Shown here: positions 37,782 through 43,964 of the stretch, piece by piece
Numbering within the stretch: the first letter of the stretch is position 1
Layout: every line of letters begins with the position of its first letter
Origin: Eubacteriales bacterium
GTDB taxonomy: Bacteria; Bacillota; Clostridia; Oscillospirales; JAAYXM01
NCBI GenBank assembly: GCA_045614365.1
Contig: JAZLCV010000102.1
Span: 1-43,964 of the forward strand
Reading direction: 5' to 3'
DNA length: 43,964 nucleotides
Notes under the pieces: model-generated
Told to the model about the DNA's origin: nothing
What the model saw: the letters and a program-made list of their open reading frames with translations, nothing else
Database searches by the model: none
Program-made: the position numbers and the translations under genes

Positions 37782-37838
37782 ATTTTACAACACTTTTTAT
37801 TCCAATTTCAAACGAACTCGTTTACAAATCGGATTTTG
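37782..37838 (-). promoter_or_regulatory. Regulon promoter 2 with upstream 15-bp box
   Basis: ATCCGATTTGTAAAC-N8-TTGAAA-N18-TAAAAT. Confidence 0.8.
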
Positions 37839-37857
37839 ACAGAATATTTTTTCTCTG

Positions 37858-39663
37858 TTATTCAAAATCAAACGATATTACAGGGATTTTTTTTCCTTCT
37901 CCCCATACATCAACCGGAACAAGAATGAGTTTATCAACAGCTTTATCCACATTAATGTGATATGCGCGTTTACGGTTTTTTTCAATCCTTAGCATCTCAA
38001 CGCGCACACCTTCCTTTTCGCCGTAAAGCACAAACTCCTTACACAGAGTTTTGGGCATATGCATCATCGGGCTGTCAAGGCGTGTGTTGGCGCGGGTTAT
38101 ATGCCGACTCTCAACAGGGTTCATTTGCAGAGTTTCACGATTCAAATCACTGTCAAACACAACATGCACAGCAGATACCTTAGTCTGCGGAAAAGCGTAT
38201 TCTATCTCTTGCCCTTTAGCTGCATAATAGCAAAACTCTTCTTCACCGTATATAGCATGGAATCTGTCTTTCCCGTTTCTCAGCACGTTTTCTCCGGCAC
38301 TGAGAGCTGCACCCGCGCAGATTTCAGATATACTTCTCACCTTTGACGGGAGGAAGCAGTCCTCATTAAGAAGCTTTTTCTGCAAAAGCTCAACATAATC
38401 CATATAAACGCCGTGAGGGGTTGCGTTTTTCAGCACAGCTATCGCCGCAGCTTTTCCGACCGCCTCTCCGAGAAGCGAACACGTTGCCATAACTCTGATA
38501 CTGCTCATCGCCATATGCGTCATACTTATATTGCGTCCTGCAAAAAACAGATTTTCCACATTCTTTGAGTATAGTGCGCGGTACGGAATGGAATACGGTG
38601 CAGGAGTCTGTATATCGGTATTAGGCACGCCTCTGTGATAAAAACCGCCGGGATAATGATCATCTATCGGCCAGCCGCCAAAAGCGATTTCATCTTCAAA
38701 CACGCGTCCGTCGGAGATATCACGTTGAGTTATCATATACTCTCCACACATCCTGCGCGATTCGCGCTTTCCCGGAAGGAAACCCAGAAAATCAAGTTCC
38801 CAGTTTTCGCTTTTAAAATTGCCTGAATTTTTTATATAGTTCCACGTTCCGGTTGCAAGAGCGAGAAGCTCGTCCCTTATTTCTTCCGTATCACCGATGG
38901 AATCACGGTCACCTCCAAGCTCAAGATACCAGAAATTCTCAGCCGGATCATAGATATCGGGTGCACTGTTCTCCCAAACCTTATCGGGAGCTCTGTTCTC
39001 AAAATCCTTTTCAGTAAGCTTTGCGCTCCACTCCGGTGCGGTGTATTTGACCGCTCTGCAGGTTTCCCGCCCTTGAAGCAGACATGACATTCCCATCGTC
39101 ATATTATCCGGCTCTATGAGCATGGTATCCTCTCCAAACTCCGACTTCGCTTCTCTTCCTATGCGGAACTCTGCACCTGTAAGCGGAGCAAGAATGCTAT
39201 CGCCGGAGCTATCGCAGAAGAAGCTTGCGCTAACCTCGATAAAACACTGGGTCGTCATCTGGTATCCCGTAACTGACTTAATTTTTACGCTTCTTCCATC
39301 CGCAAATGCTCCGGTTTCTGTTTTTGCATCAATACATGTGCAATTAAGTAAAAGTGTAATATTCTTTTCGCGACGTACAAAATCATATAAGATTGTATCC
39401 CACACAGCATAGCTTTTGGTAGGGTTGCGATACAGGCTTTCAAGATAAATTTCTTCTAAAATCCCTGTTTCGCGATTGTTCTCCCCCTTAGCGTGACTTA
39501 TCCACATACGGATTTCGGATGATGCATTTCCGCCAAGCACCGGACGTTCATGCATTAGAACAACCTTTACCCCCTCGCGAGCTGCAGAGATAGCAGCAGA
39601 CAATCCCGCCATACCTGCACCTACCACGCATAAGTCGCATTCTAATTTTTTCTTTTTAAGCAT
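37858..39663 (-). CDS. FAD-dependent oxidoreductase (FAD_oxidored type)
   Basis: VVGAGMAG Rossmann motif, LGGNASSEIR, DSSGD, GKRESRR, IPYRALYS, FAGRNIS.TH. Confidence 0.9.
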   Translation of the reverse strand: MLKKKKLECDLCVVGAGMAGLSAAISAAREGVKVVLMHERPVLGGNASSEIRMWISHAKGENNRETGILEEIYLESLYRNPTKSYAVWDTILYDFVRREKNITLLLNCTCIDAKTETGAFADGRSVKIKSVTGYQMTTQCFIEVSASFFCDSSGDSILAPLTGAEFRIGREAKSEFGEDTMLIEPDNMTMGMSCLLQGRETCRAVKYTAPEWSAKLTEKDFENRAPDKVWENSAPDIYDPAENFWYLELGGDRDSIGDTEEIRDELLALATGTWNYIKNSGNFKSENWELDFLGFLPGKRESRRMCGEYMITQRDISDGRVFEDEIAFGGWPIDDHYPGGFYHRGVPNTDIQTPAPYSIPYRALYSKNVENLFFAGRNISMTHMAMSSIRVMATCSLLGEAVGKAAAIAVLKNATPHGVYMDYVELLQKKLLNEDCFLPSKVRSISEICAGAALSAGENVLRNGKDRFHAIYGEEEFCYYAAKGQEIEYAFPQTKVSAVHVVFDSDLNRETLQMNPVESRHITRANTRLDSPMMHMPKTLCKEFVLYGEKEGVRVEMLRIEKNRKRAYHINVDKAVDKLILVPVDVWGEGKKIPVISFDFE

Positions 39664-39689
39664 ATTTCCCCTCCGCGCTTTTTTTACTA

Positions 39690-39745
39690 ATTTTACAACG
39701 CATGCTCATTTCACTTCAAACAAAAGTGTTTACAAATCGGATTTT
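39690..39745 (-). promoter_or_regulatory. Regulon promoter 3 with upstream 15-bp box
   Basis: ATCCGATTTGTAAAC-N8-TTGAAG-N18-TAAAAT. Confidence 0.8.
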
Positions 39746-39748
39746 CGT

Positions 39749-39801
39749 AAAAAAGCACCGTCGCAAAGGTTAATTTTCACCCTTGCGACGGTGTTCTTTT
39801 T
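39749..39801 (-). terminator. Intrinsic terminator after ceramidase-like gene
   Basis: GCACCGTCGCAA..TTGCGACGGTGT stem flanked by A6 (U tract on minus) and T run. Confidence 0.8.
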
Positions 39802-39811
39802 AATATTGAAT

Positions 39812-41170
39812 TTACAGACCGGATTTCTCTAAAAGCTCAATTGTAGCGTTTACCATATCCGTACCGATTTTCGGTTCGGGAGTTGTCCCTCCGGTAATGG
39901 TCGGCTCATAGCCTCCCTGCTCAATTGCATCCTCCGTCGGAAGATAGCATCCAAAAGAGCCATTTGAAAGCTCACCGATAATGATGTTCTTATCTGCAAA
40001 CCTCTCACGGACAGCCTTACCGTATTCAACAAATACTTCTGCCGGCCACGTTACGATTGCGCTGTCTCCGAGCGTAAGCGTCATAACCTCTGCATCAATC
40101 ATCTTTATTGGATTGTTGAATGCATCAACGGTTGCAAGCGCAATATGACGGCGCTCCTTAAGTCCAAGATTTTCCATGCTGTATCCCTCAAAGCGAACAT
40201 CTTCGCCGTGAAGAAAGCGGTATGCAGTGTCAACATACTCTTTTGTAGGAACACGAAGACGACCCGAAATAAACTCGCGCGATACAACCGGAGAAACATC
40301 GCCCGAAAGCGGGATTTTCCCTTCAATTTCGCAAAGCGCGTCAAAAAGCGCGTGTGCTGTCTTCTTGTAGATATAAAGCTCCGGATTAGTCTCTTCAATT
40401 TTTGATTTTACCGGAATATGCAATGGATTTAAGTGATTTGTATTCCCGCACGGCCCCGTGAAGAACACACTTTCAACATCCTCACCGAACTTTTCCGCAA
40501 CAAGCGTTGCAAGATACCCCGGATAGTCTGCTGAAATATTTCCTTCGCCCATAGCTCCACCGAGCATATCAAGATGAACACCGTAGTTGGATAAGAAAGC
40601 GAGGATTTTTCCGTTTTCATCACATACCTTACCGACAACGAACGACTCATCCGGTGTTCCTACGGCCTCAACTATATCGGGGTTCATATTGCCCGGATTT
40701 GTTCTTACTCTTCCGTTTTTCATAAGATATCTGCGTATGAATGTATAGCCGGACACTTCTGTTTTTGCAAATCCGATTTTTGCATTTATGCGCTTTTCAT
40801 AAGCCTCGACAGCAGCATCAATCGCCGCAGATATAAGCTTGTTCATATAAATCGGGTCATGTTCTCCGGCTTCGTACCAATGCCATGACGGACCACCGGT
40901 ATGCGTATGCGAAGCAGATACAGAAATATTCTTTTCCGGAATCCCGCAGTTTTCATATATTCCGCGGCGGATGCGCAAGATGTCATCCCTTCGTAGATTT
41001 ATCGTGTCGCACACAACAGCAACCGCAAAGCTACCGTCATTTTCAAACACCATTGCCTTTGCATAAAGCGGGTCAAGAATTGTACTTGCAAATCTCTTTG
41101 AATAATATCCCGGAATAACCATACCGAGTTCAGGTGTGATATCTCTTTTTGCAACACCAAATTTCAACAT
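39812..41170 (-). CDS. Neutral/alkaline ceramidase-like amidohydrolase
   Basis: DITP..GY..DPLYAKA, ASHTHTGG, NYGVHLD, ISADYPG, GPCGN, GGYE. Confidence 0.8.
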   Translation of the reverse strand: MLKFGVAKRDITPELGMVIPGYYSKRFASTILDPLYAKAMVFENDGSFAVAVVCDTINLRRDDILRIRRGIYENCGIPEKNISVSASHTHTGGPSWHWYEAGEHDPIYMNKLISAAIDAAVEAYEKRINAKIGFAKTEVSGYTFIRRYLMKNGRVRTNPGNMNPDIVEAVGTPDESFVVGKVCDENGKILAFLSNYGVHLDMLGGAMGEGNISADYPGYLATLVAEKFGEDVESVFFTGPCGNTNHLNPLHIPVKSKIEETNPELYIYKKTAHALFDALCEIEGKIPLSGDVSPVVSREFISGRLRVPTKEYVDTAYRFLHGEDVRFEGYSMENLGLKERRHIALATVDAFNNPIKMIDAEVMTLTLGDSAIVTWPAEVFVEYGKAVRERFADKNIIIGELSNGSFGCYLPTEDAIEQGGYEPTITGGTTPEPKIGTDMVNATIELLEKSGL

Positions 41171-41199
41171 ATTTTTCTTCCCCTTTCTGCTGAAAATTT

Positions 41200-41223
41200 A
41201 TGCCCCGCAAGAAAGCGGGGCAT
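41200..41223. terminator. Stem-loop between Gfo/Idh/MocA and ceramidase-like genes
   Basis: ATGCCCCGC-AAGAAA-GCGGGGCAT. Confidence 0.6.
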
Positions 41224-41232
41224 TTTTGTTCA

Positions 41233-42273
41233 TTAAAGCTCTACAAACTTGCCTGTCTCAGAAGATTCATATGCAGCCTGAATTACGCGCTGAGCGCAAA
41301 TCGCATCTGCTGCCGGAACTTCAATCGGAGCACCGTCACGGTGAGAACGACCGAAGCTGTCAAGCTCTTTGGTGTACATATTGCCAAACTCAACCTTAAC
41401 ATCCAACTTCTTGACTTCATTTCTCGTCTGCTGTGCGTCATAGCCGAGAGAGCTGTCAGCAGCGATAACGTCAATCGTACCGCCCTCTTCCTGAGAAAGA
41501 GTGCCGTAAGCAACGATTGAACCTGCTGTACCGTAGATTTCGAGCTTACTCGGAACAGCATCCGGAATGTTGAAGTTAGACTCAACATATGCAACAGCGC
41601 CGTTTTCAAGCTCCATCATAAGAGAAGCCTGATCTTCAACCTCATAGGAGAAAGTGTTTGTCTTGCAGAAGGATGCAACTTTCTTTGCCTTTGATCCTGT
41701 AATATACTGGAGAAGGTCAATGCAGTGAACGCCCATATCCATAAGCGCACCGCCGCCGGAAAGCGCCTTTACCTGACGCCATGCGCCCGGAATTTCCGGA
41801 TACCAGCAAGAAAACTGTGCACGGCAGTTGATAATCTGACCAATCTGACCGGACTGAACAATCTCACGGATTTTTGCGTTGATTGCGTGGAAGCGCATAA
41901 GGAAGCCTGTTGCAATCTTTACGCCCTCTTCCTCACAAACGCGAAGAACTTCTTCACCGTCTGCAATATCAAGGCAAATCGGCTTTTCAAGAAGAATATC
42001 CTTCTTTGCGCGAGCAGCATCAATAGCCTGCTCCTTGTGGCAATTAACGGGAGATGCAATGTAAACAACATCAACCTCGGGGTCTGCAAGAAGTGCCTTG
42101 TGGTCAGTGTAAGCGCGCTTTGCGCCGTACTTTACGCGAAGCTTTTCTGCAAGCTCTTCGTTGATTTCCATAACGGCGATAAGCTCTGCCTCGTCGGAAA
42201 GCATCATACCCGGAAGAGTACGTCTGTCAGCAATACCGCCGGCGCCGATAACGCCCCATCTTACTTTTTTCAT
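41233..42273 (-). CDS. Gfo/Idh/MocA family NAD(P)-dependent oxidoreductase
   Basis: GVIGAGGIA, LLEKP, GGGALMDMGVHCID. Confidence 0.93.
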   Translation of the reverse strand: MKKVRWGVIGAGGIADRRTLPGMMLSDEAELIAVMEINEELAEKLRVKYGAKRAYTDHKALLADPEVDVVYIASPVNCHKEQAIDAARAKKDILLEKPICLDIADGEEVLRVCEEEGVKIATGFLMRFHAINAKIREIVQSGQIGQIINCRAQFSCWYPEIPGAWRQVKALSGGGALMDMGVHCIDLLQYITGSKAKKVASFCKTNTFSYEVEDQASLMMELENGAVAYVESNFNIPDAVPSKLEIYGTAGSIVAYGTLSQEEGGTIDVIAADSSLGYDAQQTRNEVKKLDVKVEFGNMYTKELDSFGRSHRDGAPIEVPAADAICAQRVIQAAYESSETGKFVEL

Positions 42274-42299
42274 TATATGTTACCTCACTTAAATATCAA

Positions 42300-43247
42300 T
42301 TAGTTGCACTCTGCAACAAGCGGACCTGCAAGTTCTTTAAGGAAGAAGAGCTTGCCTGCGAGAGTGGGCATATAGGAAGAAGTGATCCACGGAGTCGGTC
42401 CATAGCGGAGAGTCATCCACAGCGACATACCCTGCCACTGCATTCCGCGGGAAAGAGCGCCGTCACAGCCACCGATGATACGGTCAGACTGGAGGAAGAG
42501 GCCGGGGCCGATTGTGTTTGCACGGCACGGAACGAGTGTTGTGCGGCTCTTGAAGCTTGTGATAGCGTTCTGCTCGATTGTAAGCGGGTGAAGCTTTGCA
42601 CCGATGCGGTACATCTGGTTCTTCCACTCTTCTTCTGTTGCAAACTCAGCTGCAAACTGCGGCTCCCAGAAAGCGATATGGCACATACGTCCGATACCGA
42701 AGGTTGTGATAAGGCGTGCGCCCTCTGCCTTAAGCTTTGCAATCTTTTCCGGATATGTCGGGAGATTTTCCTTTGTTGCAAAGTTTCTCTGATTTTCCGG
42801 AACGGTCTTGTTAATTTTGCTGTAGAATGCATCACGCATTGCATATGTAAATGAACCGGGGTTTGACGGATCAAGTGTGTTGCCGTCTGCATCAGACCAC
42901 TCGTCCATATTAAAGCCGTAAACGTGAGAGCAATCAATATCCCACTCGTTGAGGAAGTATGCCGCCCAGCGATACATACCCATCGGACCTGCCGGAAGAA
43001 TCATTGCAAGCTTAATTCCTTCATCGCGTGCCATCTTGATCTGGTTTGCAATCTCGTGGCCCATCATCATATCAAACTCTGCAACGTTGTCGCACTGTAC
43101 CGGCTTAAAATCCGGGTTCCAGAAGCTCTGGCGCTCGAAAATCTCTTCAGGTGCATTGGAGCAGCACTTGTCAATCTTCTCAAAATCCCAGCCTTCCGGA
43201 TAGAATCCCTCTAAAAGGGAGCCTTTTACTGTACTAATGAAATCCAT
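42300..43247 (-). CDS. Divergent glucosamine-6-phosphate deaminase/isomerase (NagB-like)
   Basis: [33 protein letters not shown] correspond to NagB-fold motifs (FNMDEY, GIGxNGHIGFNEP). Confidence 0.75.
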   Translation of the reverse strand: MDFISTVKGSLLEGFYPEGWDFEKIDKCCSNAPEEIFERQSFWNPDFKPVQCDNVAEFDMMMGHEIANQIKMARDEGIKLAMILPAGPMGMYRWAAYFLNEWDIDCSHVYGFNMDEWSDADGNTLDPSNPGSFTYAMRDAFYSKINKTVPENQRNFATKENLPTYPEKIAKLKAEGARLITTFGIGRMCHIAFWEPQFAAEFATEEEWKNQMYRIGAKLHPLTIEQNAITSFKSRTTLVPCRANTIGPGLFLQSDRIIGGCDGALSRGMQWQGMSLWMTLRYGPTPWITSSYMPTLAGKLFFLKELAGPLVAECN

Positions 43248-43274
43248 AATTTTTATCCTCCTTTAAAATAAGCC

Positions 43275-43964
43275 TTACGGCAAATGTCTCATTGTTGTCT
43301 GGCGAAGGTGTGCCTTACAGGTTTTGAAGCCCTCGGCATACATAACTCCGCACTGAAGTCCGCGCGCACGGGTGCAGGAACGCACAAACTCGATAAAGTC
43401 AATTTTATCGTGCTCACGCATCCAGACTATCTGGCTTTCGTGGCATTCCACAGCAGAAAGCTTCTGATCGATATAGTCCGTAACGTCAACATACATTTCG
43501 GGGACAAAGTTTGTTCCGGCAAGATTATCCATATAGTAAATAGGAACAACACTGCCCATCGGTGCTCCGGTTTCAGGGAACATATGCCCAACGGTCGCGG
43601 TAAAGCTCGTTTCAAAAACAAGCTGGCTGACCTGAAGATGGTCGTTCATATAATCATCCGGTCCGTGTGTGATTATAAAATCAGGCTTTACCTCACGAAG
43701 AATTCTGACCATTTCGCGGCGGGCGTTTATATCGTCCGCATAAATCATACAATCTCCGACATTGACATTGTAAACTTTTTTCACACCGAGAACGGCGCCG
43801 GCATTTTCCGCTTCCTTTGTACGCATTGCATTAAGCTCTTCCGGCATAATGACAGCATGCCCCATATCACCGTTGCAGACATGGCAGGTATATACTTCAT
43901 ATCCTTCCTTTACCATACGCGCAAGGGTTCCGCCGCAGCTGAGCTCGAGGTCATCAGGATGACA
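43275..43964 (-). CDS. PIG-L/LmbE family N-acetylglucosaminyl deacetylase (5'-truncated)
   Basis: Frame stays open to the window end: CHPDDLELSCGGTLARMVKEG; R..EA, ITHGPDDYMNDH, CHESQ, AEGF. Confidence 0.9.
   Translation of the reverse strand, partial: CHPDDLELSCGGTLARMVKEGYEVYTCHVCNGDMGHAVIMPEELNAMRTKEAENAGAVLGVKKVYNVNVGDCMIYADDINARREMVRILREVKPDFIITHGPDDYMNDHLQVSQLVFETSFTATVGHMFPETGAPMGSVVPIYYMDNLAGTNFVPEMYVDVTDYIDQKLSAVECHESQIVWMREHDKIDFIEFVRSCTRARGLQCGVMYAEGFKTCKAHLRQTTMRHLP

Noticed and set aside
32820-37834. Regulon boxes 1 and 2 are exactly 5000 bp apart
   Set aside because: The flanks differ and the third copy does not fit the period; treated as coincidence rather than an assembly artefact.
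39811-39826. TTTACAGACCGGATTT resembling the regulon box
   Set aside because: At least two mismatches, overlaps the last codons of a CDS, and lacks the N8/-35/N18/TAAAAT arrangement.
20082-42273. Kanosamine (ntdABC-like) biosynthesis from DegT + Cof-HAD + Gfo/Idh/MocA
   Set aside because: The three families are present but dispersed over 22 kb in separate units and on different strands, in a context of uptake and deacylation. Family-level similarity alone is insufficient.
1-43964. CRISPR array, tRNA/rRNA, riboswitches (lysine before ddh, T-box before cysK/leuS), transposases, defence systems
   Set aside because: No regularly spaced repeats or recognisable motifs were seen, and the relevant intergenic gaps are too short.

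Overview
Gene-dense chromosome segment of a Clostridia-class bacterium, probably Oscillospirales-like (inferred from gene content, SLH domains and sigma-A-type promoters). Bases 1-16.8 kb are housekeeping: a minus-strand operon smc-ftsY-rdgB-nadD-yqeK-LCP-rsfS-leuS (leuS is truncated at the window edge and missing from the ORF track), then plus-strand feoAB, ddh, nadE-ydcF-cysK and pyk. Bases 17-44 kb are an accessory region that looks like amino-sugar/uronate glycan catabolism. It encodes a ~2366-aa SLH-anchored heparinase II/III-like lyase, a 1187-aa secreted multi-module partner, an AraC regulator, an orphan sugar-binding lipoprotein, a DegT aminotransferase, NagB-like and PIG-L enzymes, a Gfo/Idh/MocA and a FAD oxidoreductase, a ceramidase-like amidase, three amidohydrolases and two paralogous TIM-barrel isomerases. 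Two signals read directly from the DNA stand out. (1) Three promoters share the identical architecture ATCCGATTTGTAAAC-N8-(-35)-N18-TAAAAT, which defines a probable regulon. (2) A GTAG-initiated REP-like palindrome occurs once intergenically and twice in-frame inside the SLH region of the lyase gene. No rRNA, tRNA, CRISPR array or transposase was recognised. All assignments come from motif reading; no database searches were run.
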